Shown one piece after another: positions 19,523-31,545 of a DNA stretch of 64,000 nt. The DNA comes from an uncultured Methanolobus sp. Its GTDB lineage: Archaea; Halobacteriota; Methanosarcinia; Methanosarcinales; Methanosarcinaceae. The notes under the pieces were generated by a model that had not been told where the DNA came from, searched no databases, and saw only the letters and a list, made by a program, of their open reading frames with translations. Made by a program: the position numbers and the translations under genes. The stretch's first letter is position 1. Each line of letters starts with the position of its first letter. The stretch is taken from contig OY776215.1 of assembly GCA_963675495.1 (NCBI GenBank), forward strand, positions 1,568,001 through 1,632,000, given 5' to 3'.

Positions 19523-19810
19523 TCAGCTCAGAACGTAAAGTGGGATAAGAAAACGAATAAATACGTATATCTGAACCAGAAGGATCAAAGGCATTCCAAT
19601 TTGAAAACTGGGATGTCTGGTTTTGTGACGGAAAAAGTACATCCCTACAATAGAACCGACACTGCCACCGGCAATCGCCCAGAGAAAAAGGGTTTTTTCA
19701 GGTATCCTGTATTTCTTTTTTTTTGCTTTTCTTTTATCTATCCCCATGAGGGAAAATGCCACTGCATTTACCAGCAATAAATACATAAAAAATATAAGGA
19801 ATGTATCCAT
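19523..19810 (-). CDS. DUF1294 membrane protein
   Basis: MGIDKRKA...RIPEKTLF...GGSVG...FRHKTRH. Confidence 0.9.
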   Translation of the reverse strand: MDTFLIFFMYLLLVNAVAFSLMGIDKRKAKKKKYRIPEKTLFLWAIAGGSVGSIVGMYFFRHKTRHPSFQIGMPLILLVQIYVFIRFLIPLYVLS

Positions 19811-19938
19811 AGCTTTTATTTCATGATATGCCGTATAAATGTATCCCGGAAAGCAATTTCAGGATGAAATTAAGTGTTTGCCGGGAAATACAAATATGGA
19901 AATTTCTAATTTAAGACAATAGAATTGGGTGGTAAAAT

Positions 19939-20346
19939 ATGACAAAAAAATGGCTGATATTGATCACAATACTAATGCTTGCAGGCGTGTTTGTCAGCGG
20001 ATGTGCTGACAATGCAGAAGACACAGTAATTGAAGAAGTGGAAGAAACAGAAAAAGTTGTTGAAGACACTGAGCCCATTATTGGTGATGCGCAGGACTTC
20101 GCTGTAAGGATGGAATACTATGGCATGATGAAACCCTCTGAGCTCGAAATAAACAGGGGCGACTCCATAGCATGGAGAAACTACAAACCACAGAACACCT
20201 ATGTACTTGTCAGTGATGACGGCCTCTTTGAAGACCAGGAAATGGATTCCAACGACGTATATACCTACACGTTCATGGAAAGTGGCACCTACACATTCAG
20301 TGTAACAGATGTCCCGGACATGACACTCAGTGTTACGGTCAGATAA
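19939..20346 (+). CDS. Cupredoxin-fold lipoprotein
   Basis: Lipobox VSGC; PSELEINRGDSIAWRN, YTYTF..SGTYTF; copper ligands absent. Confidence 0.75.
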   Translation: MTKKWLILITILMLAGVFVSGCADNAEDTVIEEVEETEKVVEDTEPIIGDAQDFAVRMEYYGMMKPSELEINRGDSIAWRNYKPQNTYVLVSDDGLFEDQEMDSNDVYTYTFMESGTYTFSVTDVPDMTLSVTVR

Positions 20347-20369
20347 ATTTGAGGCTTTTTGCCTCAAAT
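20347..20369. terminator. Hairpin between convergent genes
   Basis: atttgaggc-ttttt-gcctcaaat perfect 9-bp stem. Confidence 0.6.
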
Positions 20370-20389
20370 CAATATTTAGTTAAATACAC

Positions 20390-20788
20390 TTATTCCTCTT
20401 TTTCAAAATCAAGTGATATAGAATTCATACAGAACCGCTCACCTGTGGGTTTAGGTCCGTCATTAAAAACATGACCCAGATGGCTTCCACATCTACTGCA
20501 GAGGACTTCGGTTCTCTCCATGAAGAGGCTTTTATCTTTTTTGCGCATAACCTTCTCTTCTGATATCGGTTTGAAAAAGCTGGGCCATCCGGTTCCTGAA
20601 TCGAACTTCGTGTCCGAAGTAAATAGCTCCTGCCCACATGCTGCGCACAGGTAGATACCTTTCTCCTTGTTCGCATAATACTTGCCGGTAAAAGGTGCCT
20701 CGGTGCCCTTTTGTCTCAACACAAGGAACTGGTCGTTCGTGAGTGTTTCTTTCCATTGCTCATCTGATTTCTTTATTGGTTCTTCCAT
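20390..20788 (-). CDS. msrB: Peptide-methionine (R)-S-oxide reductase
   Basis: [43 protein letters not shown]; start set at MEEPIKK (GGAG RBS). Confidence 0.96.
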   Translation of the reverse strand: MEEPIKKSDEQWKETLTNDQFLVLRQKGTEAPFTGKYYANKEKGIYLCAACGQELFTSDTKFDSGTGWPSFFKPISEEKVMRKKDKSLFMERTEVLCSRCGSHLGHVFNDGPKPTGERFCMNSISLDFEKEE

Positions 20789-20988
20789 TTCTAACTCCCT
20801 ATGAAAAAGTGACCATATTACCATAAATAGATAACGTGATTGGTAGACAACTTGCAAATCCTAAAATATAGAATTAATATAAACAGGTAAATATAAATAT
20901 TGTTTTGGAGAAATTTAATATTGTTGAACTAACAAATAAACATCTGGGTATAGTTCATCATTTTGGGTAAAATGAACGGGGTAATAGA

Positions 20989-21318
20989 ATGTCGGATTTG
21001 ATCACATACTACCAGGAGAACAGGCACTGTGCATTGAAGAGGATAAAGAACATGACCCTTTCTGCAAGATACAGAAAAGAATTGAATTGTTGGGTCAACA
21101 ACTACCTTGATCCTTTTTCAGTTGCAAAAAGCATATCACTTGTGCGGAATGAAAGTTCAGACCCTTTTTCAAGAATACGCATTGAAGCTGAAAAAGACCT
21201 TGAGTTCACTTTGCTTACAGCAACTCACAAAGACAGGGACAATAGTGATATCATACTTTTTGAAAGCAACCTTTTGCTTCTGTTTAACCTTATGCTCAGG
21301 CATATCAGAACAGCATAA
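20989..21318 (+). CDS. Hypothetical protein
   Basis: 109-aa ORF with GGGGT RBS-like leader; no family recognised. Confidence 0.65.
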   Translation: MSDLITYYQENRHCALKRIKNMTLSARYRKELNCWVNNYLDPFSVAKSISLVRNESSDPFSRIRIEAEKDLEFTLLTATHKDRDNSDIILFESNLLLLFNLMLRHIRTA

Positions 21319-21447
21319 TGTCAGGAAAGATTAAACACTTTAAATTAAACTGAAAAAGAGTGTTACAGACTCAATGGAAGAAAAGGATAAATATAACAAT
21401 TCTGTCTATTAGTTCCATTCCCTTTTTCTGGGAAAGAAGGCTGATAA

Positions 21448-22893
21448 TTGCACGAACGAAGTAGACTCTTAGCTGATGAAAGCATAGGTAAGCTCCTTTT
21501 CAAATTATCCGCGCCTGCCACCATAGGCATGTTAGTCACGGCTTTGTACAACGTGGTAGATACTGTTTTTGTAGGTCAGGCACTTGGAGAGAACAGCGTA
21601 CAGGGCATCGCAGGAATTGCAGTTGCATTCCCTATAATGATGATAGTCATGGCTATTGCACTTGCAATTGGCATCGGTGGTGCTTCCATGATCTCGCGAA
21701 ATATTGGTGAGAGGAATATTGAAAAGGCTGAAAATGTAATGGGAAACGTACTCTCTCTTGTACTGATAGCAAGTGCATTCATCTGTATACAGGGAAGCAT
21801 ATTCATCACACCCATACTGCAATTGTTCGGGGCTACGGACACCATTCTCCCATACGCCACAGAATATCTTAGAGTGATACTCTACGGGTCCATATTCTTC
21901 ATGTTCGCACTGGCAATGAACAATATTGTGCGCGCAGAAGGGAATGCAAAAGTTGCAATGTACACCATGCTGGTATCTGCTCTTGTAAACATCATACTTG
22001 ACCCGTTTTTCATCTTCGGATCCGGATACTTTGAATTCAATTTTCTTGCAGACAAACTAGGAATCATGATCGAGCCCATATACATGTATGGTTTTGGAAT
22101 GGGAGTAAAAGGAGCAGCTATTGCAACTGTTATTTCTCAGACTACGGGAGCTATCTTCCTTGTATGGTATTTTGCCTCAGGCAATTCCAGCCTGCGATTC
22201 CATACTAAATATCTGATACCAAAATGGAATATTACCAAAGAAACGATTTCAATTGGAATGGGACCCCTTACAAGAAATGCATCAGGTAGTCTTGTCGTAA
22301 TTGTTTTGAACAATATACTTCTGGCTTACGGCGGAGGAGATGTTGCCATAGCAGTTTTCGGTGTTATCAACCGCCTGTTCATGTTCACTTTCATGCCAAT
22401 GTACGGGATCGTACAGGGATTACAGCCAATAGTAGGATTCAATTATGGTGCAAAGAACTTTACCCGGGTTATGGACTCTGTTAAGCTCTCGATGTTTGTT
22501 ACAACCGCCATGGCAATTGTGGGTTTCATAGTGTTTCTGGCCTTTCCTGAACAGCTGTTCAGTATATTCACCACTGACCAGCAACTCATTTCATCGGGGA
22601 AATATGCGACACGCATAATAGTATTGGCACTTCCTCTTGTAGGCTTTCAGGTAGTTGGAACATCACTGTATCAGGCAATAGGAAAAGCACGCCCTTCGTT
22701 TTTATTAGCCATGAGCCGACAATTATTGTTCCTGATACCCCTTGTGATAATCCTGCCACGTTTTTTCCAGCTGACCGGTGTGTGGATGGCTTTCCCATTA
22801 TCAGATGGCCTTGCGTTCTTACTTACCTTTGTAATGGTAATAAAAGAGTTCAAAATATTGACTATTATGGATGAGAATATAACCTCATCCTAA
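21448..22893 (+). CDS. MATE family efflux transporter
   Basis: [50 protein letters not shown]; about 12 TM. Confidence 0.93.
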   Translation: MHERSRLLADESIGKLLFKLSAPATIGMLVTALYNVVDTVFVGQALGENSVQGIAGIAVAFPIMMIVMAIALAIGIGGASMISRNIGERNIEKAENVMGNVLSLVLIASAFICIQGSIFITPILQLFGATDTILPYATEYLRVILYGSIFFMFALAMNNIVRAEGNAKVAMYTMLVSALVNIILDPFFIFGSGYFEFNFLADKLGIMIEPIYMYGFGMGVKGAAIATVISQTTGAIFLVWYFASGNSSLRFHTKYLIPKWNITKETISIGMGPLTRNASGSLVVIVLNNILLAYGGGDVAIAVFGVINRLFMFTFMPMYGIVQGLQPIVGFNYGAKNFTRVMDSVKLSMFVTTAMAIVGFIVFLAFPEQLFSIFTTDQQLISSGKYATRIIVLALPLVGFQVVGTSLYQAIGKARPSFLLAMSRQLLFLIPLVIILPRFFQLTGVWMAFPLSDGLAFLLTFVMVIKEFKILTIMDENITSS

Positions 22894-22940
22894 GCTCAGA
22901 ATACAACGCATTTAAAAACTATCAGGACAATTCTCAACGC

Positions 22941-24488
22941 ATGTCAAATGAGAAAGGACCTCTTTTACTGATGATACTGGATGGCTGGGGATATACAACT
23001 GAAGAGCAAGGCAATGCGGTTATGGCTGCAAGGACTCCCGTACTTGACTCATTATTAGATAAATATCCTTCCTGTCTAGTTGAAGTTTCAGGGGAAGGTG
23101 TGGGACTTCCTGAAGGCCAGATGGGGAACTCGGAAGTCGGCCACCTCAATATTGGTGCAGGGAGAATAGTTTACCAGGACCTCACACGCATCAATAAAGC
23201 CATAGAAGATGGTTCTTTTTTCAAAAACCAGGTATTTCTTGATGCCATAGAACATACAAAGAAAAATGATTCCGCATTACACCTTATGGGACTGTTCTCA
23301 TACGGAGGCGTGCACAGCCATATGGACCACATGAGAGCTCTTGTGGAAATGGCAAAAAAAGAAGGACTTAGAGAAGTCTATATTCACGCATTCCTGGATG
23401 GAAGGGATGTGCCACCACAGACTGCGCTTGAGGACATGAAAGCCCATGAAGAGTTCTGCCACAGCACCGGCATAGCAAAGACTGCAACTGTTTGTGGCAG
23501 GTACTATGCAATGGACCGCGACAAACGCTGGGAACGTGTAGAACTGGCATACAACGCACTCACAAACGCAGAAGGAATATTTGCAAAGGATGCAGTATCA
23601 GCAGTCATTCAGGCTTATGAGAGAGGAGAGAATGATGAGTTTGTCAAGCCAACTGTCGTCACAGACAAAGAAGGAAAGCCCGTTGCAACAATAAAGGATA
23701 AAGATGCTGTTATTTTCTTCAATTTCCGCCCTGACAGGGCAAGACAGATGACATACGCGCTTGTCAACAAGGATTTTGATGGCTTTGAGAGAAAAGTAAA
23801 ACCAGAACTACACTACGCATGCATGGCTGAATATGATGAGAAACTCGATGTTCCGATCGCATTCCCTCCTGAAAGTTATGAAAACACACTTGGGGAAGTC
23901 CTTAGCAAACATAACAAAAAACAGCTTCGAATAGCCGAAACAGAAAAGTACGCCCATGTGACCTTTTTCTTCAACGGTGGTGTGGAAAAGAAAAATGAGG
24001 GTGAGGACAGATGCCTTATACCGTCACCTGATGTTGCCACCTATGACCTTAAACCTGAAATGAGTGCTTATGAGGTCACCAACGAACTTGTGGATAAAAT
24101 ACTCAACGACAATTATGATGCCATAATCCTCAATTTTGCCAATATGGACATGGTCGGGCATACGGGAATCGTCGATGCAGCAATAAAAGCCATCGAGACA
24201 ATTGATGAATGTGTAGGAAAGATCGTCGATGCAATTATGGAAAAAGACGGTGCTGCAATCATAACCGCTGATCATGGCAACGCTGAGAAGATGATAGATT
24301 ACAACACAGGAAAGCCACATACTGCACATACATCCAACCCTGTAAGGTGCCTTCTGGTAAGCGCGGAGGAAGGAAGGAGATTACAGAACGGGAAACTTTC
24401 AGACATAGCTCCCACAATGCTGGATATACTTGGCATAGAGAAACCTGAACAGATGACAGGCGTCTCACTCATTAAGAAACAGGATTAA
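22941..24488 (+). CDS. gpmI: 2,3-bisphosphoglycerate-independent phosphoglycerate mutase
   Basis: [49 protein letters not shown]. Confidence 0.96.
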   Translation: MSNEKGPLLLMILDGWGYTTEEQGNAVMAARTPVLDSLLDKYPSCLVEVSGEGVGLPEGQMGNSEVGHLNIGAGRIVYQDLTRINKAIEDGSFFKNQVFLDAIEHTKKNDSALHLMGLFSYGGVHSHMDHMRALVEMAKKEGLREVYIHAFLDGRDVPPQTALEDMKAHEEFCHSTGIAKTATVCGRYYAMDRDKRWERVELAYNALTNAEGIFAKDAVSAVIQAYERGENDEFVKPTVVTDKEGKPVATIKDKDAVIFFNFRPDRARQMTYALVNKDFDGFERKVKPELHYACMAEYDEKLDVPIAFPPESYENTLGEVLSKHNKKQLRIAETEKYAHVTFFFNGGVEKKNEGEDRCLIPSPDVATYDLKPEMSAYEVTNELVDKILNDNYDAIILNFANMDMVGHTGIVDAAIKAIETIDECVGKIVDAIMEKDGAAIITADHGNAEKMIDYNTGKPHTAHTSNPVRCLLVSAEEGRRLQNGKLSDIAPTMLDILGIEKPEQMTGVSLIKKQD

Positions 24489-24493
24489 CAGAA

Positions 24494-25510
24494 CTAAAAC
24501 CACTTATCAAGAGTGCTCTGGCCGCTTCCGGATGAAGCTTCGAGGCGTTCCAGAGCCTTTGTAACCCTGTCCTCTGAAAAATCATGCTCACCACAGAGGA
24601 AAGAGAGCACTGCTTCATTATCTGGTTTATTCCACTTTAAAGAATAATCATCGGTCACATCAGGAGATTTGAAGAACTCCTTGATATTATCAAGATCAGG
24701 AATCTCCAGATCTTTTACCTTCAGAACATTTTCAATGCTTTTATGCTCCCTGATAAGTTTGAGAGCTGTTTTGGGACCGACACCCTCAAGTCCCTCATTG
24801 TAGTCAGTACCCACGCAAAGAGCTATATCGATAAGCTGGGAATGATTTATTCCAAGCTCATCCAGGTTTTCCTTAAGGCTTATAGTTTCGGGTTTCACGT
24901 CAACGTAGATATTCTTCTTAGGCAGTTTCCTTTTACCGGATACGGTAAGGTTCCTGACAACCTGGGGAGAACCGAAAAGCAGGGAATCATAATCCTGTGA
25001 TGCAATCTTATCCGCATCACCTTTCTTGACCATGTATGCAGCCTGTGCCTCACCCTCCGAGGGAGCATCCACAAATGGAATACCAATTGCATTCAGGAGT
25101 TTTTTGGAATCATCAACAATGGTAGCATCAACCTTTGAAGAGGCCTGAGCATACTTATATGCCTCTTCTGCAAGACCTTTTTCCTTTGCTTCTGCCCATT
25201 TAACCTTTGCATTCTCACGGGTTTCGGTGCGCTTCTGGATAGTAGAAGATTTCCACTCAGGCGGCTTGCCATCAAAAACAAAAACAGGTTTAACTCCAGC
25301 TTCAATAATATTTGTCATCCTGTAAAGGATGCCGGAAAGATGTGACGTGACGTTTCCCTGTGAATCCTTGAGGGGAGTGCCATCTCTCTGTCGTATGATA
25401 CTTAAGAATTGGTAAAGTGTGTTAAAAGCGTCTATAGCCACTATGTCTAAAGAAAGGTCAGATACCTCGATCGTGCTCCTCTTAAGGAGATCCCCTATAT
25501 CAACACCCAT
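24494..25510 (-). CDS. fen: Flap endonuclease 1
   Basis: [40 protein letters not shown]-terminal PIP box QSTLDKWF. Confidence 0.97.
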   Translation of the reverse strand: MGVDIGDLLKRSTIEVSDLSLDIVAIDAFNTLYQFLSIIRQRDGTPLKDSQGNVTSHLSGILYRMTNIIEAGVKPVFVFDGKPPEWKSSTIQKRTETRENAKVKWAEAKEKGLAEEAYKYAQASSKVDATIVDDSKKLLNAIGIPFVDAPSEGEAQAAYMVKKGDADKIASQDYDSLLFGSPQVVRNLTVSGKRKLPKKNIYVDVKPETISLKENLDELGINHSQLIDIALCVGTDYNEGLEGVGPKTALKLIREHKSIENVLKVKDLEIPDLDNIKEFFKSPDVTDDYSLKWNKPDNEAVLSFLCGEHDFSEDRVTKALERLEASSGSGQSTLDKWF

Positions 25511-25544
25511 GTAAAATCAGAATTGAATCAGCAAAAGCCCTGAT

Positions 25545-25859
25545 TCAGGCTTCGCCTGTTATAAGTCCATTGCATTCAAGCCTTACATCAATAACAGTAT
25601 CGTCGTTTGCGTCTATTTTTCCTACTTTTAGGATGTTTCCCACCCTGTCAATCAAGTGTGTCTTAGTAACCCTCACCTGATGAAGGTCATTAAGATCTTT
25701 ATTTTTGTGAATGATAACAAGACTGTGCTGATCATCGTCATTTTTGCTTAACTTTGACATCATGTTCTTAACAAGCTGCTCAAAGTCAGAGTAAATGAGG
25801 ATCTCAGAACATTTCCCGGCTTTCTTTATAATACCTATTGGTTCTAAATTAATGCGCAT
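25545..25859 (-). CDS. Hypothetical protein, degenerate TsaA/TrmO-like beta-barrel
   Basis: LEPIGII..SEILI; GNILKVGKIDANDDTVIDVR resembles the TsaA C-terminal strands; GAGGTG RBS. Confidence 0.6.
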   Translation of the reverse strand: MRINLEPIGIIKKAGKCSEILIYSDFEQLVKNMMSKLSKNDDDQHSLVIIHKNKDLNDLHQVRVTKTHLIDRVGNILKVGKIDANDDTVIDVRLECNGLITGEA

Positions 25860-25956
25860 GTACGCACCTCTTATAGATGGAAAATATTTCTCATCATTCT
25901 ACTACAACCTAGTTAATATGGTTTTCGGAATATAGAGCGGTGGCTAAATATAATTA

Positions 25957-26280
25957 TCACCTATATCTAGTCCTTTCCATGGAAGCCATTATGTCATCCA
26001 TTCTGTAAATAACTTCATTAAGTCTGGTATCCAGGTTGTTTTCAACACTCTGCACATTTATCCTTAAAGAGCGCTCCTTTGCCTCAAGCATATTGTCGAT
26101 CTTGCGAAGACGCATGTCAACCAATAAGATCATGCCAGCCAGCGCTCCCACCATAACCATGGCGGAAAGTATGATCAAGGCATTTGCCGGACTGTATTTA
26201 AACCTCCCGAGCCATTCATATGTTAATACGAATGAAGATACAACCATCACAACTGAGAATATTATTTCCCTGATTTCCAT
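25957..26280 (-). CDS. Hypothetical membrane protein (2 TM + coiled coil)
   Basis: Two hydrophobic helices then an amphipathic tail. Confidence 0.75.
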   Translation of the reverse strand: MEIREIIFSVVMVVSSFVLTYEWLGRFKYSPANALIILSAMVMVGALAGMILLVDMRLRKIDNMLEAKERSLRINVQSVENNLDTRLNEVIYRMDDIMASMERTRYR

Positions 26281-26393
26281 TCTGATCCCTCATAATAATA
26301 TGTGCTTTTTTACTATTTATATTATTTAACTCTATTTTTTTAAAAGAGAATACCTTAAATACTGAATAACCATTTAGTATATTTAAATAATAT

Positions 26394-27350
26394 TTGACTA
26401 TTTATATATTTGGAGTTGCGGATTTGAGTTCTGAAAAGACAGTTTTAAAAGATTATGCACCAATGCTTGTAATGGCAGGCATCATACTGGTAGTACAGAT
26501 TACAGCACTGCTTTTAGCCACGCCTATGAGTGCAAATGATATGCAGGCATTCGAGGACCCGGACTCAACTGCAAATAGCATCTATTACATAGGAGTTATC
26601 CTTGTATTTACATTACTACTATTGATGGCGATCAAAAGGAACATGGAATGGATAATACAACTCACTATACTGCTTGCAGTGGGAGCTACCATGTACTATG
26701 TATTCTACGCTTTGCTGTCCCTTGCAGATATATCAATAGTGACAAACAATATTGTATCCGGCCTGTTGGCAGCCGTACTTACAATACTGCTTTACAAGTT
26801 CCCAGAATGGTATGTTATCAACACCATCGGACTGATAATAGGGGCAGGAGCCAGCGCCATTTTTGGAATATCATTATCAATCCTTCCTGTGTTGGTGCTT
26901 CTGTCATTGCTTGCAATATATGATGCAATATCAGTTTACAAGACAAAACACATGGTAGACCTTGCAGAAGGAGTAATGGACCTCCGCCTGCCCATACTCT
27001 TCATTATCCCGAAACACCTGAAATACTCATTCATCGATGACTCGTTCAAAAAAGAAGAAGGTCAGGAGAGAGAAGCGTTCTTCATGGGACTTGGGGATGC
27101 CATAATGCCAACCATACTGGTAGTATCTGCAAACGTATTCCTGGCTCAGAAAGCAACACTGAACTACATAGGATTCATATCCTACCCTGCTCTTGGTGCA
27201 ATGGTAGGAACAATTGTAGGATTTGTAGCACTGAGCATACTGGTAATGAAAGGAAAACCACAGGCAGGATTACCATTCCTCAACAGTGGTGTTATACTTG
27301 GATATATAGTAGGAGTACTGGCTTCTGGACCAGGAACACCCTTCTATTAA
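26394..27350 (+). CDS. Presenilin-like GxGD intramembrane aspartyl protease (PSH)
   Basis: IYDAISV and FMGLGD catalytic motifs, PQAGLPFLN; about 9 TM; true start probably a little downstream. Confidence 0.92.
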   Translation: MTIYIFGVADLSSEKTVLKDYAPMLVMAGIILVVQITALLLATPMSANDMQAFEDPDSTANSIYYIGVILVFTLLLLMAIKRNMEWIIQLTILLAVGATMYYVFYALLSLADISIVTNNIVSGLLAAVLTILLYKFPEWYVINTIGLIIGAGASAIFGISLSILPVLVLLSLLAIYDAISVYKTKHMVDLAEGVMDLRLPILFIIPKHLKYSFIDDSFKKEEGQEREAFFMGLGDAIMPTILVVSANVFLAQKATLNYIGFISYPALGAMVGTIVGFVALSILVMKGKPQAGLPFLNSGVILGYIVGVLASGPGTPFY

Positions 27351-27362
27351 TCCCTTTTTTTA

Positions 27363-27833
27363 TTATTCTTCAGGAAGTTCAGAATTTATATTGCATATAG
27401 TACAGTTGGAATCAGGCATTTCTTTGCAGGATTCGTGGAACACTGAATCTACTGAACGCGTACCTTCGGCAAGTACAGCAGCTGTTGAAATGGTGCTCGC
27501 TATCAAAACGGAATCAAATATCTCTTCCTTAGAGACACCGAGTCTTTTAGCAACCCTGACGTGAGTCTTCATACAATGCTCACACCTCAAAGCAGAAGCC
27601 ACAGCTATGCATATCAGCTCCACTGTTTTGGGATCCATACGCTTGAACTCACGCATGACATTATTCTCATAGATCATGCGTGATATGAAAAGTTCCGGCA
27701 TATCCTTCATGAAGTTAATTATGTAAGGAATCTCACCGTAACGTTTCTCAACATCTTCCAGAATATCTTCGACTGCCTCTTCAGGCTCTTTGTCAAGAAT
27801 TTCTTTTATCTTTTCCATATCCATAATAACCAC
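27363..27833 (-). CDS. CMD/AhpD family protein with CxxC
   Basis: KTVELICIAVASALRCEHCMKTH...GVSKEEI; last gene of the marker operon. Confidence 0.88.
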   Translation of the reverse strand: MVIMDMEKIKEILDKEPEEAVEDILEDVEKRYGEIPYIINFMKDMPELFISRMIYENNVMREFKRMDPKTVELICIAVASALRCEHCMKTHVRVAKRLGVSKEEIFDSVLIASTISTAAVLAEGTRSVDSVFHESCKEMPDSNCTICNINSELPEE

Positions 27834-27855
27834 ATGAATAATATTTGTCAGGATA

Positions 27856-28794
27856 CTAAGCAGTAAACCCTACCTCGGATTCACGTTTGATCTTGACCAG
27901 TATATAATTTTTCATCTTTGACAGGGTGATGGCAGCCATATCAGACAGTTTTACCCCCTCATCAAACTCGAGGTTCTCCACCTTTTCATGGAACTGTTCG
28001 TATGGAAGTTTAACACGCAGACCATCAAGCTGAAGAGTGATGGGAGCAGGCGAAAGTACATTGAATATCTCCGGTATCTGTTCATGGATCTCTTTCATTA
28101 CCCTTGCAGGCAATACGGCAAGGGGATCTTTTGCGAGATCCTCACGCATCTTTTCCACCACTTCAATAACCTTCTCGTTCATACCATCAAGTGAATCAAG
28201 TTCACCACTTTTCCTCAGACGATGGGCAACCCTGCCAATACCTCCGACATACATGTCAGCATTTGCAATGTCTTCCGTCTTGAGGTCACGGGGTCCACCT
28301 GTAACTATCTTGGGAACGGTTACACCCTCAAGCAATTTAGGTTTCTTGTTCTTTATACAATCACTGAAAGTACCAAATGAAAATACGGCGAGATCATGTT
28401 CATTGATAAGCTTCCTTTCATAGTTGTCAGAAAGGGAAACCCTCCTACCCATACCTCTTGCAAGACCTAACATGTTCGTGTTAGCTCCACCCCTGCGCAG
28501 ATATTCCGCAACGTCACAGGCAGAGTGAGGAAGATGATGGGAAGCAAGTGTAGGAGACACGACGGCAATCTCAGTACCAGTAAGTGGCGCACGGGTGAGC
28601 TCACCCAGAAGCTTTTTCCCAAGCTCTTCGATAAGATGTACATCATCCCTTGGTATCAGCATGACAAGTGTGACCTCTGTTGCTGCAGGGACTTTCTGGA
28701 TAAGATAGCCACCAAGGTCCTCCAGAAGTTCAGTAATAAGAGAGTGTTTATGTACACCACCCTCGTAAATGTATGGCTCTAATATCGCTGCCAT
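27856..28794 (-). CDS. mmp7: Methanogenesis marker protein 7
   Basis: YEGGVHKH, EDLGG, HHLPHSACDVAEYLRR, GLARG; start MAAILEP via TAATG overlap with marker 17. Confidence 0.92.
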   Translation of the reverse strand: MAAILEPYIYEGGVHKHSLITELLEDLGGYLIQKVPAATEVTLVMLIPRDDVHLIEELGKKLLGELTRAPLTGTEIAVVSPTLASHHLPHSACDVAEYLRRGGANTNMLGLARGMGRRVSLSDNYERKLINEHDLAVFSFGTFSDCIKNKKPKLLEGVTVPKIVTGGPRDLKTEDIANADMYVGGIGRVAHRLRKSGELDSLDGMNEKVIEVVEKMREDLAKDPLAVLPARVMKEIHEQIPEIFNVLSPAPITLQLDGLRVKLPYEQFHEKVENLEFDEGVKLSDMAAITLSKMKNYILVKIKRESEVGFTA

Positions 28795-29390
28795 TAATTC
28801 TCCTCCATGAGTTCTGTGATCATCTGATTTGCTTCCTGTATCCATTCAGGTTTAAGGGCGTCCTCGCTTGCTACAAAAACGAACTTATGCTTGTCCATTG
28901 AATGATAACGCACCCTGAATCCTTCGGGAGTGGACCTTATAGCCATTTCAACCAGACGTGACTGCAGGGTCCTTCGGGGATCTGCAACTACCATATCTTT
29001 AAGGAACTCGATCTCAGCAGATGTGTCTTCAGCATTCATAATCAGTGTCTTTCTCTCGGGCTGGAAGACCTTTGAACGTCCATATCTTGCCCAGAGCAAT
29101 TCAAGCAATTCTGGCAGATATTTTTCCTCAGTAAGAGAAATCCTTACCTCTTTTTTTGCCAGATTACCGGCATCAACACTACCAATGTCAGATACTTTTA
29201 CAGTGGGCTGGCCACCTCTTAAAATAATGGCCATCTGATAAAGGGAGTCTTCCGGCCTTACAACAACCTTTATGCGTCCAATAGCACCTCCGAGCACCAG
29301 TTCTGTAATGATATCGGCGACTATGCTCTTGTATGCAACACCTTCTTCCGGGATCGGGGACTCTACAACGAAAGTCTCAAGAGCTTCCAT
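28794..29390 (-). CDS. mmp17: Methanogenesis marker protein 17
   Basis: EKYLPELL..LW..YGR..V.QP, PEGFRVR; position in the operon. Confidence 0.88.
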   Translation of the reverse strand: MEALETFVVESPIPEEGVAYKSIVADIITELVLGGAIGRIKVVVRPEDSLYQMAIILRGGQPTVKVSDIGSVDAGNLAKKEVRISLTEEKYLPELLELLWARYGRSKVFQPERKTLIMNAEDTSAEIEFLKDMVVADPRRTLQSRLVEMAIRSTPEGFRVRYHSMDKHKFVFVASEDALKPEWIQEANQMITELMEEN

Positions 29391-29395
29391 AAGAA

Positions 29396-30637
29396 TTACT
29401 CCTCCACGTATCCTGATGCCAGTAAAGCACTTCCAACAGCACCTATCAGGTGAGAGTTAGGAGGAACAAGAACATTGATCTTAAGCAACTCACCAAGAGC
29501 CTTTGGAACACCTTCGATAAGAGATGAACCGCCTACAAGAATCAATGGTTCCTTCACATCAACTTCCTGAAGCTGTTGTTCGAATATCTGCTCTACGACA
29601 CTGTGACATGCAGCAGCAGCAACATCTTCAGGAGTTGCACCCTTTGCAAGGGAATTTACAAGTGACTGGATACCGAAAACTATACAGTAACTGTTCATGT
29701 CCACTTTTTGTTCCATTCCATTTACAGCAAGTGTACCAAGTTCAGTGATGTCAACACCGAGCCTTTTAGCAGTCATATCAAGGAAACGTCCTGATGCTCC
29801 TGCGCAGATACCACCCATGGTAAACATTCCGGGAATACCATCATCTACGGATATTGCCTTGTTGTCCATTCCACCAATATCAATAACTGTTGCATGACCT
29901 TTCTGAGAATCGGCAAGATAAACAGCACCCTTGGAGTTGACAGTTATCTCTTCCTGGATGAGTTGGGCATTGAAGTGCTCACCAATAAGAAAACGACCGT
30001 ATCCGGTTGTACCTATGGCCTGGATGTCCTCCTGTTTGACACCTGCAGCTTCCAGTGCCTGGTTGAAAGCTTCCGTCGCACTGTCAATAACCTTTATAGT
30101 GGGCACCCATCCGGAGCCTATGATCTCGTTGTCCCTCATAACAACTGCCTTTGTGGTCGTAGAACCAGAGTCAATACCAGCGGTAAGTCCACTTTGCTTT
30201 TCCCTTGCAAGAAGGTGTCTGCGTCTTGCAATAGTCGTTAAAGCCTCCATACGGGTCAGCAGGGTTGCTGCAGTCGTACGCTCTGTAAATGAATAACTGA
30301 TGACCGGAAGATCCGAGTGTTTGTTGATGTAGCGGCGAACTTCGTTTCGTACTATAGCAGCCTCAGCACACCTGAAACATGAAGTTATGAATACACCATC
30401 CACATCCGAAATACCTTCTACTATAGCCTTGGCCCTTGCCATCATAAGCCGAAGGTCAGGACTTGCAGCCTCCAGGCCAAAATCCTTTCCGATCGTGTCA
30501 AGGACATTGACATCTATCTCAGGGTATATCAGTTTGGCATTTACACTCGCTGCAACTGAATCAAGTTCCCCTTGAACACCTGCATATTCGGAACCACAGG
30601 ACACAAGTGCCACCTTTACGAGGTCATCTTCAGTCAT
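29396..30637 (-). CDS. mmp15: Methanogenesis marker protein 15 (BadF/acyl-CoA dehydratase activase-like ATPase)
   Basis: [47 protein letters not shown]. Confidence 0.92.
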   Translation of the reverse strand: MTEDDLVKVALVSCGSEYAGVQGELDSVAASVNAKLIYPEIDVNVLDTIGKDFGLEAASPDLRLMMARAKAIVEGISDVDGVFITSCFRCAEAAIVRNEVRRYINKHSDLPVISYSFTERTTAATLLTRMEALTTIARRRHLLAREKQSGLTAGIDSGSTTTKAVVMRDNEIIGSGWVPTIKVIDSATEAFNQALEAAGVKQEDIQAIGTTGYGRFLIGEHFNAQLIQEEITVNSKGAVYLADSQKGHATVIDIGGMDNKAISVDDGIPGMFTMGGICAGASGRFLDMTAKRLGVDITELGTLAVNGMEQKVDMNSYCIVFGIQSLVNSLAKGATPEDVAAAACHSVVEQIFEQQLQEVDVKEPLILVGGSSLIEGVPKALGELLKINVLVPPNSHLIGAVGSALLASGYVEE

Positions 30638-31095
30638 TCTGTTGCCTCCTCACTTTTGTCAGGCAATGACTTCAGGAACTCTGCGATCTTGTACACAAAT
30701 TCCTGCCCATCGTCATCAGATTTAGGGAACTCCAGTTCAAGAATTGGCATCTCACGACTTCTTATTAGATATTTAGTAAGTTCATTGGTACGTGCACACC
30801 CCATGCAACCAAAGGCCATGGGCGATTCACCAACGATAATGCCTGCATCCGATTCTTCAATCATGGGTCCTACTATAGCCATTCTGCCCCTGACACCTGC
30901 AGGAACTTCTACAGCTGCGTACTTCAGACCATGTTTTGGTTCTTCTGCTGTTATGTTCAAAGGAGGGGAATCGACACCAACAGTTGATACCTTTTCCTTT
31001 ATCTTTTCCATCATTGCAATCGGTGTGTGACCGAATCTCTGGACCAGGTCAGAAAGGATAAGACTGTTTGTAGGGTATATGATAATTTTTGCCAT
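30634..31095 (-). CDS. mmp5: Methanogenesis marker protein 5
   Basis: [41 protein letters not shown]. Confidence 0.92.
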   Translation of the reverse strand: MAKIIIYPTNSLILSDLVQRFGHTPIAMMEKIKEKVSTVGVDSPPLNITAEEPKHGLKYAAVEVPAGVRGRMAIVGPMIEESDAGIIVGESPMAFGCMGCARTNELTKYLIRSREMPILELEFPKSDDDGQEFVYKIAEFLKSLPDKSEEATE

Positions 31096-31104
31096 TGTAT
31101 TGCC

Positions 31105-31545
31105 TCATAAGGTGGATTCGATTATATCCTGAAGATCTTTAGCTCCAAGTTTTTTCTTGTGTTCTGTCTCCTTGAGAGGAACATGTTTGTCATATTTATC
31201 AAGAGCATTTCCTATCATTGGAAGCATCATTGACTCTTCTTTCAGGAAATAGAAGCCAGGCCTTGCACCGCCACCACGGGACGCACGACAGCGTCTCTCA
31301 TCTCCCGGAGGAAAACCTCTTTCTTTTACAAAGATATGATTCTTATCAAGGTCCACAACCTCTTTCACCACTTTCTCCACAGCATCCCTGGGACCTGTGA
31401 CCATGGTGCCAAAACATGTTTCCTTTATGACAATATCAGTATTGGATTCATATATCTGCATAGCAGTATCAATTGGCAACACACTATCTGAACCTGTTAC
31501 AACGAGTTTCGTTATGACATCTTCATTACCTTCAGCCATCCTCAT
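31105..31545 (-). CDS. mmp6: Methanogenesis marker protein 6
   Basis: IKETCFG, KERGFPPGDERRCRA.RGGGARPG. Confidence 0.92.
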   Translation of the reverse strand: MRMAEGNEDVITKLVVTGSDSVLPIDTAMQIYESNTDIVIKETCFGTMVTGPRDAVEKVVKEVVDLDKNHIFVKERGFPPGDERRCRASRGGGARPGFYFLKEESMMLPMIGNALDKYDKHVPLKETEHKKKLGAKDLQDIIESTL

